A DNA stretch of 64,000 nucleotides from Anthoceros angustus. Its lineage: Eukaryota > Plantae > Anthocerotophyta. Location: assembly GCA_010909165.1 (NCBI GenBank), contig MU008157.1, positions 434,001 to 498,000 of the forward strand. The letters are read 5' to 3'. Below are positions 12,040 to 22,962 of this stretch, piece by piece. How positions within the stretch are numbered: position 1 is the stretch's first letter; each line of letters opens with the position of its first letter. Position numbers and translations under genes: made by a program. The notes beneath the pieces were generated by a model. The model was not told the origin of the DNA and ran no database searches. It saw only the letters and a list, made by a program, of their open reading frames with translations.

Positions 12040-12420
12040 AGAGGCCGAGCTATTCTTCTTGTCGGGGACCTCAATGCTTGGACAGGTTGCCAATATGCTC
12101 CTATATATGATTCTTTGGATTTTGACAGATTCGCTCAATCATGTGGACCTTGGCCTCAATAAGTCTTTCTCTAACATCCATGCAGTCAACACTTATGGTG
12201 CTACTCTTTTGCGCCTTCCCGAGTCCCACAACATGGTCATCTTCAACGGACTTCCTCGTTGGGGGACAATTGGGGCAATTCTTTTTTCAACAGCCACGGG
12301 CACTCCTCTAGCACGTCAGACTATGTTATAAGTGATGTCGAGCTTCTTTCGCGAATATCCAAGTTGTGGACCCAGTCCGATGACACTGTCTGCATCGAGT
12401 TTGACCATGCTGCAAGCTGC
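12040..12420 (+). mobile_element. Degenerate non-LTR retrotransposon (LINE) APE-endonuclease fragment
   Basis: Frameshifted motifs ILLVGDLNAWTG (GDFNA), NTYGATLLRLPESHNMVIFNG (NxNG..LL..NLxILNG) and SSSTSDYVISD (STIDY) occur in the canonical order. Confidence 0.7.
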
Positions 12421-12689
12421 TTTGATCTGTGTATACGTACCTTACCTGCCCCTCCTCCTCCCCCTCCCAAACCTGGTCTCATCACCTGAATCAACCTATC
12501 CCAAGAACCTGTTGCCCAATTTTCGTGCATACCCCTTTCTTTGTCGGGCCTCTACTTCCTCTTCTACTATCTTTTCCTCAACTCGCTCTAATTTTCCTTT
12601 TCAAATTTTGGCACCCTCCCCACAAAAATTAACCCCTCCGCTACTCTTGGTTTGAGGCCGATTGTAAGCGCATGTCCTCTTAATTGCAT

Positions 12690-12960
12690 CTTGCTTTGCG
12701 CCAACTTAACCTTCCCCCTAGGTCTCATCACTCCCCTCTCTACAAAGCCACTGCGAAACCTTATAAAATTTTATCTTCTCCAGTCTGAACACATCCGTCT
12801 TATAACTTCCCTCCTCCAGATGTCCCCTTGCTTTGCGCCAACTTAACCTCCCCCCTAGGTCTCATCACTCCCCTCTCTACAAAGCCACTGTCAAACCTTA
12901 TAAAACTTTCATCTTCTCCAGTCTGAACACATCCGTCTTAAAACTTCCCTGCTCCGGACG
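12690..12960. repeat. ~137-bp tandem duplication in C/T-rich LINE-adjacent sequence
   Basis: TTGCTTTGCGCCAACTTAACC...CCCCTAGGTCTCATCACTCCCCTCTCTACAAAGCCACTG...CTCCAGTCTGAACACATCCGTCTTA occurs at ~12691 and again at ~12828. Confidence 0.85.
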
Positions 12961-13694
12961 CCCCTTGATGCGCTGCCTTTTGGAAGGAATTCCATACCTA
13001 CTCCTCCATCTGGCTCAAAGCTAACCATGAGCTCCTCTCCTACGTGGATAGGTCTTTACCACATCTTTTCTACCCTCCATGCTCTTGAATCTTCTGACCC
13101 CGACCTCATGTTCTTCAACGCCAATCTCGTGGCTCGTGCCATTAGGAGGTCGAGAGATGGTACCACATGTACAACGCACCCTGCTGGAGATTTATTCTAT
13201 TTTGTACTATATACTAGTAGCAAATATAATGATATAAGTATGGGTCATTTTCAGCGGAAGTTAGCAAGTCTCTTTTCTTTGCATGCTTGAGACATCTTAG
13301 GTGCATGCTTCATAATGTCAATTGCCTGCTAGAGACATTACATGTGCAGGACCTAGGTGATTTAGGACCTTGATCTTTCTTATATTGATTTATTTTTTGA
13401 TTTATGTTGATGGATTGATGGCTTTGTTTTCATTTTTATTTGTGTTGATGAGTTGATATTTATTGGGCTTGGAATAAAAATATATTAATAATTATTACAA
13501 AGTAAAATATTATATGCAATGGAATTTGTACCTAATTACCTAGGTTTAATAGCTTACTCCAGAATTCTTGCTATTGGATAAAAAAAGAAAAAAAAATTAT
13601 CCTGTTGCCTTTTTCTACATTTCAACCTTTGTAAGAGACATTGTATTCAACAAAAAAATACGAAGTCTTCATAAATGTAAGTTATAGTACTATC

Positions 13695-14486
13695 ATGGAT
13701 TGTTGCTTATGTAGTTCTTCTGGAAATACTTATAGATCGCCTAGAAATACCATATGTATAAGTTGCTTTGAAGGTGGACGTACCATTCTGGATCTATCAC
13801 GAAAATTAGAGCATGAGTGGAGAGATGACGATCTTGATAAAGCCAAATCTTTAGGGATTAGACAAGGGGGTCTTGCTCAAGCTTTCAAAGTTATGAAGCA
13901 ATTAGAGCAATTAGAAGAAGAAACTTCTGAAAAGCTCGAGTTCTTAGAATCTTTAGTTGAAGCATTTAGAGAAGGTGCTCATTCAGATGTGGAAATAAAG
14001 ACTAATGATGGTCTTTCAATCCAAGCCCATAGAGTTGTCATGGCAACAAAATCCCCAGTCTTTAAGGCTATGTTTGAGTCTGATTATTGTAAGGAGGCTC
14101 ATAAAGGGGCAATTCAAATTCAAGAATTAAGCCACGCCCAGATGAAACACCTACTAGAATTTTTGTATTGTGCTGAAATTCCAGAAGAAGCCATGGCCCA
14201 ACATGCACATGCTCTTCTAATTGCAGCCGACAAGTACGATATTCCTGTATTGGGAAAAGTTTGTGAGTCATATATAGCCACAACTATCTCCTCTTCAAAT
14301 GTTTTAGAAGTTATCGAACTAGCAACTCTTTGCTCTGCTAGTATATTGAAAGATACAGCTATCGGAGTGATTTTAAAGAGCTATGATGACATAGTTTTTT
14401 CAAAGGAATATGAAGACTTTGCAATGAAAAATTCTCTTCTTGCTGTGGAAATCACTAAAGCCCTTATTCGTGATCTAAAGAAATAG
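13695..14486 (+). CDS. BTB/POZ domain protein (At3g56230-like), intronless
   Basis: MDCCLCSSSGNTYRSPRNTICISCFEGGR N-terminus, then BTB core SDVEIKTNDGLSIQAHRVVMATKSPVFKAMF...LLEFLY...LLIAADKYDIPVLGKVCE and a BACK-like tail. The ORF is open for 263 codons. Confidence 0.9.
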   Translation: MDCCLCSSSGNTYRSPRNTICISCFEGGRTILDLSRKLEHEWRDDDLDKAKSLGIRQGGLAQAFKVMKQLEQLEEETSEKLEFLESLVEAFREGAHSDVEIKTNDGLSIQAHRVVMATKSPVFKAMFESDYCKEAHKGAIQIQELSHAQMKHLLEFLYCAEIPEEAMAQHAHALLIAADKYDIPVLGKVCESYIATTISSSNVLEVIELATLCSASILKDTAIGVILKSYDDIVFSKEYEDFAMKNSLLAVEITKALIRDLKK

Positions 14487-15316
14487 TCTACAAGTGTATC
14501 TCCCATAGATAAATAATTAAGAGAGTTTTAAAAGTAGGTATAGTTTGTCTATGCATGCTAATATCAACCAATCAAGGGCACCCAAAGATGATTGACCTAA
14601 TATGCACGAAGACAAAAATGTCTAAGGTGCTGATGGTGGAATTTAGGGATGAGATACCGTCCCTATCATTATCAAATGAAGGCACATTTAAGCTTGGGAT
14701 TAGAACACTACTTAGTGTTAGAAAAACATCACACAAATATATTCCTTATGAGGTGATATTTGATCGTCAAAAGTTCCAAGGTAGCCATTCTAGGTACCTC
14801 CTACGTAGGTCAATTGTTGAGCTTACTAAAATAGTAGCATTTATGTTAATTATTTCAATGATTTTGTCAATTTTGAATTGACAAGTATGAGATACCCAGC
14901 TTGGGACTGAGGATCACTAAATGTATGAAACCTGAAGGAGTACTTCTAGTTTTGAGCTAGGAGTACTTCTCTTTGAGATAATAAGGAGGACCACTAAATT
15001 GAATGAAGGTTTCATGAGTATGTACATTCTTATTTAGTGAAAACTTGTTTATAAACTCATCTTAAAGTTACAATCAGACCTGTCTCAAGTGTCATAAGAC
15101 AATACCGGACCGCACTTAATGCATCCTTATTTGATATCCAGTTTCTCATCAGATATCACATACCCAATTACATTAGTAGATTTAACTCAACAGGTAGGTA
15201 TTTCATATCCACCTCATATTTTGATTATACATTGAAAAATTATTTTTTACTTGGACATCAATAGGTAATCAATTCAAAAACTATCTATCTGTTAGTCACT
15301 CATTATAATATATATA

Positions 15317-15670
15317 CCGTACCCCGAGGGGTGGTTCAACAGGATAATGCCGAAATAATTAGTTTTTGAAAAAAATAAGGTTCAACATAAATATTTATAT
15401 TTTTCAAAATTTCAATATTTACCAAAAAAGAATTTTATCAAATTTTAACAATTATTAAAATATATAATTATATATATATATATAAATAATGGATATGTAT
15501 AGACCTCCCTAAATAGGCCCTAATTTTCCACACAAACCCTAGTTTCCTTATTTTTGGCATCATAAACTCATAAATTTTTACCTATTCAATATTTTAAGTA
15601 TAATAATTTCTGGATTTTCAACTTTTATTAATTTTAATTAATTAACATCAAATCACCCCTTGGGGTATGG
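15317..15670. mobile_element. MITE (~354 bp), TA-flanked, Tc1/mariner-Stowaway-like
   Basis: Left end CCGTACCCCGAGGGGTG (15317-15333) and right end CACCCCTTGGGGTATGG (15654-15670) are inverted repeats with 2 transitions. Both ends abut (TA)n and the interior is very AT-rich and non-coding. Confidence 0.75.
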
Positions 15671-15999
15671 TATATATATAATTAAAAATAAACTCAAAAT
15701 TATAACACTCAAAATGTAGGTATTAACTTTTCAGTTCTCATGGCTTGCATTCACAGGCTCCACGAACACTCCATATCACAAAAGGTTTGCATATAGGCTT
15801 TTGCTACCTACACCTAACTATGTAGGTACATAGTTTAGAAAGCGGCTCTCCATTCGACCGCGCTTTCGTGTGAAGTACAAGGGTAAGTGAATAAACTAGA
15901 AAACGATGAAGATTAGATTTTGAAAGCCACACGTAATTGCAAATTGTTTGGTAGTTCGATGGGGCATCGCAGTGTGCGAGGGAGAGGGAGACGGCAGGC

Positions 16000-17505
16000 A
16001 TGGAGGGGAGCGCGGTGGAGTCGGCAGTGGTGAAGATGATGGTGTTGCAGATGCCCATGGCGCCGGTGGTGGTGATGCTCTACGCGGTGCTGTTCGCTCT
16101 GGTGTGCGCGTCCGACAAGGAGAAGCAGCAGGAGAGGGAGCAGCAGCAGCAGCAGCACGGAGGAGGAGGAAGCAGTAGCGGAGGATCCCGAGCCTGCAAG
16201 CTCCCGAGGAAAGCCACCTCCTGGAAGCTGTTGCGCAGCAGAGCGCGGCGCATGGACGAGGCGAACAGGAACCGGCAGTGGAGGCGGCGCTACCGCGTCT
16301 CCTTCCCGGCCTTCACCTTGCTGGTGGCTGAGCTGCGGCCTTTCCTGCAGCAGGCGCAGCAGCAGGCGGCGGCGGCAGGGGAGTGCGCCCCGGTGGAGGT
16401 GGAGCGGGTCGTGGCCATGGTGCTGCACCGCCTGGCGCACGGCCTGCCCCCCGCCGCCATCGCCGATCTCTACGCCGTCTCCCCGGCCGCCGTGGCCTGC
16501 TTCACCCGCCTGGTGACGCACGCGCTCGCCAGCCGCGGCAAGCTCTACTCCAGGTACGTGCAGGCGCCGGCGGGAAGGCGGTTGCGCAGGATCGCGCTCG
16601 GCTTCCAGGCCGCCACTGGCCTGCCTAATGTCTGCGGCGCCATCGACGGGACTCACGTCCGGCTCAGCCAGATCCCTTCCCCGGATTCCTCCCCCGCAAG
16701 GTACTGGACTCAGCACGGGTTCTACAGCGTGCTGCTCCAGGGCGTGTGCGATGCCGACTGCGTCTTCTGGGACGTGTGCTGTAACGGGCCGGGCGGGCTG
16801 GGGGACGCGGCGCACTTGAGGTCTAGTCGGCTGTGGAGCAAGCTGATGGAAGGCGGGGAGCTGGCGGAGCCGCTGGAGGTGGTAGATGGGAGGGAGGTGA
16901 GGCCGTACTTGGTTGGGGATTCCGCGTACCCGCTGCTCCCGTTTCTTATCACGCCATTCGCTGGCGGGAGTCCGGGGCGGGAGGATCAGGGCAACAGCGT
17001 GTGCCATCTCAACTCCTTCGACGCGCAGCTGAGCAAGGGGAGGGAGCGGATCGGGGCCGCGTTCGGGATGCTCAAGAGCAGGTGGCGGATTATGAGGAAC
17101 ATGGACGTAGGGTTGCAGTACGCGGCTCAGACCGCCGTTGCCTGCTGCGTGCTTCATAATTTTTGTCAGCTGCACGGGGAGCCTGTGCCGGGAAGGGATC
17201 CTGTCGACCCGCACCCGAACCTTAACATGGAGGACAGGATCCCGGTTCCTGAGGATGAGAGGTATCTTGCGAGCTTTGGCCAGGAGACCAGGCTCGCCTT
17301 GTACAGGGATTGGCTGGGGAGGCGAGGTGAGGAGGAGGAGGAGGAGGAGGAGGAGGAAGAAGAAGAAGAGGAGGAGGAGGAAGCAGAGCAAGGGCAGGAG
17401 GAGGATGGGGAGGGGTTAGGGGGAACCATGGAACAGCCTGACCATGAGGTGAACAATATTTTTCGTTTCATGCGGGAGTTCTGTGCGAGATCAGGTCATG
17501 TCTAG
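16000..17505 (+). CDS. Harbinger/PIF transposase-derived nuclease (HARBI1/ALP1-like, DDE_Tnp_4), intronless
   Basis: Motifs VAMVLHRLAHG, LPNVCGAIDGTHV, VLLQGVCD..VFWDVC..GPG, YLVGDSAYPLLPFL, FDAQLSKGR..IGAAFGMLKSRWRIM and ACCVLHNFC. The 501-aa ORF is intact and no TIRs are seen nearby. From memory it most resembles the At3g19120-type domesticated clade. Confidence 0.9.
   Translation: MEGSAVESAVVKMMVLQMPMAPVVVMLYAVLFALVCASDKEKQQEREQQQQQHGGGGSSSGGSRACKLPRKATSWKLLRSRARRMDEANRNRQWRRRYRVSFPAFTLLVAELRPFLQQAQQQAAAAGECAPVEVERVVAMVLHRLAHGLPPAAIADLYAVSPAAVACFTRLVTHALASRGKLYSRYVQAPAGRRLRRIALGFQAATGLPNVCGAIDGTHVRLSQIPSPDSSPARYWTQHGFYSVLLQGVCDADCVFWDVCCNGPGGLGDAAHLRSSRLWSKLMEGGELAEPLEVVDGREVRPYLVGDSAYPLLPFLITPFAGGSPGREDQGNSVCHLNSFDAQLSKGRERIGAAFGMLKSRWRIMRNMDVGLQYAAQTAVACCVLHNFCQLHGEPVPGRDPVDPHPNLNMEDRIPVPEDERYLASFGQETRLALYRDWLGRRGEEEEEEEEEEEEEEEEEEAEQGQEEDGEGLGGTMEQPDHEVNNIFRFMREFCARSGHV
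17329..17382 (+). repeat. (GAG/GAA)n coding microsatellite, 18 Glu
   Basis: In-frame poly-Glu run near the C-terminus of the ALP1-like protein. Confidence 0.95.
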
Positions 17506-17662
17506 CGCTATCAAGACTGCATAACCTTTAAGAATCAAGCTAATCGGTTCCTGATAGAGAGTTCTTCCCTCTCCCTTCAGGGGGAAGCTTCCGCCATCCT
17601 TCCTCCTCCTACAGGATGCAAACTCTGAGCCGTAGGCGAGGGAGGTTCTTTCCTTCCCTTCC

Positions 17663-18682
17663 TCAGGGGTGTGGGATCTGAAGGGCGTTGAGAACTATCT
17701 GGACAGCAGCATGGTAAGTGGCTGGCGAGTAGTGCATACCGTCTTCGGTGCAATCCGGGCCACAGTCGAATGTCAAGCGCCTCAGGTCTACAAGCATGGC
17801 GGGGCCCTGGGGTTGCAGCACCTGGCTTCTTCCCAGGCTCGCGTCGTACAGCAGGCACGTCTCCTCCGTCATTCGGACCCTCTTATCCTCGGTGTTGAGA
17901 AGCCTTTGGATCAAAGTTGGGATATTTAACCAGAATATCTGCGGAGGATGCCGATGGGCCACCCGGCTGGCCTCCAGCATCATGGCGTCTGCTGCTTGTC
18001 GCAGCTCCAGCAGCGACTCCTCGTAGTCTCCGGCGTCGGTGACGTGAAGCATGTGCCATAGCCCGGCTCCCAGCACCACCACGTCAGGGTAAAGGTGTGT
18101 CTCGGCCACTTCGGCCATCGCGTCCGAGAGGTTGCGGGTGAAAGGAGCCCAGTCGAAGTGGAACACGGTCTGCTGTTGCCGCCAAACATGAGTGTAGTCG
18201 CTGTGGCGCCTCATGAGCGTCATCACCCTGACAACCTCCCCGTCGTCAGGTAACACCCACTTCAAGAGCGAAAGGAAGAAGAAGCGGGATTGGGAGTCCC
18301 CGGACACCCGCACCCGCTTTCCTCTCAGCAACGCCCCCGCCTTCTCCTTGGTTACCCTGTCGAATTGGCATGCTGCGGGAGTGGCAGCCTGAGACCAGGC
18401 CACCTCGCTCTCGGGTGCCGGGAAGTCCCGCATCGCCGTCCAGTTGAACTCGTGGAGCTGTGCGTGACAAAGCGGCGAGATCGGCGACGCTGGCTTCCTT
18501 GTCCCTGTTCCAGTTGCTGCTGCTGTTCCTGTTGAGGACCACGGGAAGGGCGGCAGCCGCTCCCAGACCTGCATGTGCATAGAAGCAGCCAGGATCAAGC
18601 AGAGGGCCACAAGCGCGATGCGTGCTCCGTGGCGCAGCAGAGAAGAGCTTGCCACCGACATGACTCGCCTTGCCACTGACAT
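17663..18682 (-). CDS. AXY9: ALTERED XYLOGLUCAN 9-like SGNH/GDS protein (cell-wall polysaccharide O-acetylation), intronless
   Basis: N-terminal TM segment, then GDSQSRF, RRHSDY, YPDVVVLGAGLWHMLH, LLNTEDK, CGPDCTEDGMHY (DxxH) and AAVQIVLNAL. These match the Arabidopsis AXY9 motifs as recalled. Confidence 0.85.
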   Translation of the reverse strand: MSVARRVMSVASSSLLRHGARIALVALCLILAASMHMQVWERLPPFPWSSTGTAAATGTGTRKPASPISPLCHAQLHEFNWTAMRDFPAPESEVAWSQAATPAACQFDRVTKEKAGALLRGKRVRVSGDSQSRFFFLSLLKWVLPDDGEVVRVMTLMRRHSDYTHVWRQQQTVFHFDWAPFTRNLSDAMAEVAETHLYPDVVVLGAGLWHMLHVTDAGDYEESLLELRQAADAMMLEASRVAHRHPPQIFWLNIPTLIQRLLNTEDKRVRMTEETCLLYDASLGRSQVLQPQGPAMLVDLRRLTFDCGPDCTEDGMHYSPATYHAAVQIVLNALQIPHP

Positions 18683-19165
18683 TGCAATTGCTGCGTGGAG
18701 TCAGGTCAGGTTCATTGCCAAGGCAAGCCCAGGGCTGTCAGTCGTGTGCCGGTAATGTTCTACTACCGCCACGCCACTCCAGGACGGTGGCAAGCGTCTC
18801 GTCTTGTCAGTCAGTCCGCCGTTACACAACTCAGCCGCAGCTTCAACTCATACTCATTCCAAATGCCTGCTTACAACTCCATCCGTTCAAGGATGCTGAA
18901 CTCTACTGTACTGTATGCCGCAAGGCTACTTGAGATGAGGGCCAATTTGATCCCGAAGCCATGGTCAGAACTACTGGTGGCAGCAGATATCATACACAGC
19001 CTTCACTGATGGGATCGTCTTGGAGGTTCCAGTTACTTTGCCATACAGACCATTGAATGATCCCATTCAGTATCCAGCTGGTTACAGGGATTTGTCATAA
19101 ATTCGACTACGCCGGTCCAGCCAGACGGCCCGAATCTGGGAGGAGTAGACAATGCGAGGTGGAGT

Positions 19166-22100
19166 TCACCGTAGTAGATCCATGTCGTCGCCACTATCAG
19201 GCTTCCTGGTCTTCAGCCCTGCAAATATGTTATCTAGCGTCTCTGCCGAGGATGTTTGCACCTTGGCAGCTTCCCTGTCTTCGAAATTCCTCAACGGTGC
19301 AAAGCGCTTGCCCACAATGGCTGACTGCACATCCATCCCTCCTGTAGTGACATTTCCCCATGTATTCCTGAGCCCTCCATTCCCTTCCACAAAGGGATTT
19401 TTAGGTCGAGACAACCCTCCATTCCCCTCTGCGAAAGGATTCCTTGAGCTGCTATCAGGCGGTCTCGCTGAAGGGTTAAATGGATTTGGCCTCGAGCCAT
19501 CCGCCTTATGGAGATTTTCTCGCAAGGCTGCGTATTTTGCTGTGATGTTGTCTCTGGTGGATGAAAATTGCTCACTGGTAGCCAATGGAACTAATCGACT
19601 TCTATCTTCAGGTTCTGCTTTTGACACCACATTTGTGCTGGTCTTCTCCTGCAAAAGTTTCTGCACCAAGAAAGACAAAAAGCAACTCAAGCCATGCGAC
19701 TTCATGGTACCATTCTCAGATTTGAAGCCATGGTCTCCCAACAGACTCCCAGACGACCAAGGGTTTAGCCCAAACGAACCTACCTCTTCAGGATTTCCCC
19801 CACTTTCAGGGTCCTGATCCACATGACCAAAATGTCTTGCCAAAGGTACAACGTTGTCACCAATATTGCCACCTTGCTCCAAACCCGTACGTTCTGAAAC
19901 ATGGACAAAATCCTCTCAGCTGGTAACAGAATGTCCCTTAAATCTCAATCAACAATGACCAGTAAAGGCTGAGCATCCTGAGTACCTTTTTTGATGATGA
20001 TCACCCCTGACGGATCACATCCCTCTACAACAGCTTCATGGTCATGTTCACGGTCAACTTTGAATCTTTGCCAGCCTCCGACATACTCAACCAACCGCGG
20101 GAAAATATTGCTGGCTAACAATCCAGTGTAAATGACCATAAAGAGAGGATATATTTGATTGAACAATTTCCCTCCAAAAATTGGTAAAACCTCCATCGTT
20201 CCCATTTTCTGTAAATCCAGCCATATACCACCATGAATATCAACAACCACCAGTCCCGAAGCAGGTAATCAGAAGGCTTCAACCTACAAAAAGGAACGTA
20301 CCGTTTCAAACGTTGTCTTTCTCGGGGCATTCAACCGAATCAAATTGAGATAATTATATGACAAAGGTGCAGCATACCGAGCCACCATGCTGCAAAAGCA
20401 TATCACAAGGCAACGTCAGAGAACCCAAGCAAGACCTGGTGGTCTACACCAAGCACAATCATATCAGCAAATCCTGCAACACACTGTTTTGCATTAATCA
20501 AAAAGGATAAGGTGAAGTAAATTACGAGCAGATCATCAGCAGGCTCACAGAGTTAGTGTGCCTTGGAGAGAGATAGTACAAAGTGTTCATCCCAAGCCTT
20601 GCCAAAGAGTAGTAAGTGCAGATGCACATGTATAGCAGGGGGATGAATGCTACAATCTGCAAGACATGTCATCCTAGATCAGGCTTGAGGGAACAAGTGT
20701 CATGCAAGGCTTAGTCACTAAGCAAAGACAAGGTGGGAAGATGCTGATACAAACCTGGACAGACATTTCCTCATCTCCCAGGGCATTGATCAAAAGCGAG
20801 AAAAGAGAAAGGTCCAGCCCGTGCTTAAAAATAAGGGTTGCTTCTGCAGCTATGATGGCCAGGGACATTAAAACCATCACTACTGCTGCAAGTCTCACAG
20901 CCTGCTGCCTCACTCTGCACCTCCAGATCCACTCTACAAATCACCAAGTTGTTTGTGTCAGCAGATATGTTAACCCAGCCGTATGAACATTTGTGACCTT
21001 CTTCTACACCATAATGCATCTGTTCACCAAAGATAAACATATCACGTAGCTCACCAAGTGTTTCTAGCATGGGAGCCAGAGGACCAACACGAGCAGGACG
21101 TAAAGATGAGATAAAGCGCCTGCAGAACAAGTTTTTCCTTCAATCACTGCATGACTCCACCTACATGCTGATTTGCAGCTCAGTCTAACACAAAATCAGG
21201 GGCAGCTACTGCCACAAAGGGGAAAAGATCAGGGTAGCTTCTTTTTGACAAAATTGTAATGTATACTAACTTGTCGGGGGAATTGCCTCGCTCCGAATTT
21301 TTCACGGTATCCTCAAGCTCAAGAGCCTCCCTTACAAAGGATATGTACTCACTGTACGACGAACGTATACCATTAGGCAGACATCACTTGAAAAGTATCT
21401 ATCCAGCTTTTTCTTGAATCAAAGCTTGAGGAAATTGATGCCATTATCCACCACAGATGGCAGACCACAAGACAGAATATGTTGGCATACCTCTTGTACC
21501 GTGTGTATGCTTCTTTACATTTTTTCAATCTCCTTCTCAATTCAGCCATGCTGGTTTCATCGGTGTCGTAATCCATGTCACTCTCACCCATTCTACCCCC
21601 TGATGGCTTGAACGAAGGATCATCTTTGACCTGTGATTGCTTGTTTAGTGACTGATGGGAGCAAAGGCACTGGAATGTCCAATTGTAGACAAATGAACAG
21701 CAGCTATGATCAAGCTCATTCAACAAGCACGCACGAGTAGCGCTGTACCATTTCTTGCAACTCTTGATCAATAATATCCATGTATGCACGCATGGGATCT
21801 CGCCTTGACATTTGGTTCGAAGTTGCTTGTGCGATCTGCGTAACATATCAAAAAGCTTAATGCTTCGAAACAAAAGCAGATTGTGGTACACACAGAAGTT
21901 GTTGCAGCCTTTCTAAACACCCACCACGATAGCTGTAGACAGTTCTGTGTGAGCCATGTCAAGCTTCTCGGCTACTCTTACAACTTTATGGGTCAGCCAC
22001 TTTTGGCGGAACTGTAGGTCAGCGTTCCACCAAAGACTGCGAGGAACACTAACAAGACCATACCCCAACAGAAATGCACCTGTAACCAGACCAAATGTGT

Positions 22101-22962
22101 TTGAGCACGCCATGGCAAGACCCAGTACACCATCCCTGCATGGCATTGCAGAACTTTGTCAGAGGGCACTAGCATCGACTACAACCAGCTTGACCCTATT
22201 TTCAAACCTTAGTCAGGAGGATTTACAACCCAGGATCAAGGGCAAGGACAAGGGCAGCTAGCCTTACCATTTCAATTTACCCATAATGATCAATATCACA
22301 ACACCAACAAATCCCACGACGCCCACGCTGGAATAGAGAATGAAATTGCTCTTGATGCTTGTTTTGATTCTCTGTGCAGCTGTGAAGTCCCCGGCATCCT
22401 CAAATCCTTGCAACAGTGGCACAATTGCCCTAGTGCACCAAACCCATGTTAAGACGTGCCTCACAAGCAGCAAGAATTCCTTCATCTGTAATCTACACTC
22501 CACATCTAATACAGCCATCATAGCAGAATTCACACGGAAAACTGAGAATGTTGACAATTTTAGAAAAAAGAGATGTTGGGGTGGACAATACCAAGTGAGA
22601 ACGAACGTGCTCCAGTATGACCAGCCCCACAGGAACTCTAGATTGTGCTGATCACCGTCTGAGAGTGTCTGGTACAAGGAGGCAAGAAGTCAATGGCAGA
22701 GCACCAAAATGTGACATCGGAGTAGCATTACAGATTTGGCCGGTTCAAATGACGTCTGACAGCGAGACTACAAGTGATTCACCACGCAGCTTACCGTCCA
22801 AATATCAGCAGGTACGAGCACGATGACCGCAATTGTACAGAACCACGCATAACCTACGATGAGCTTCACGGGCACGGAGACCGTCGGAGACGCAAAATAC
22901 TGTAAAGTAAAGACCACGAGGGCCACTGCCACAGGCAGAGCCAAGGCATAAAAGAACCACAT
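19166..22962 (-). CDS. LMBR1-domain-containing membrane protein 2 homolog, multi-exon
   Basis: Start MWFFYALALPVAVALVVFTLQYFAS...VGYAWFC..IVLVPADIWT. Later exons read LWGWSYWSTFVLTW, IVPLLQGFEDAGDF, AMACSNTFGLVTGAFLLGYGL and LPIFGGKLFNQIYPLFMVIYT, with a polar tail ending DDMDLLR*. GT-AG introns are visible but not every boundary was resolved. Confidence 0.9.

Noticed and set aside
15913-17391. 492-aa antisense ORF
   Set aside because: It is the shadow of the GC-rich ALP1-like CDS, with low-complexity translation.
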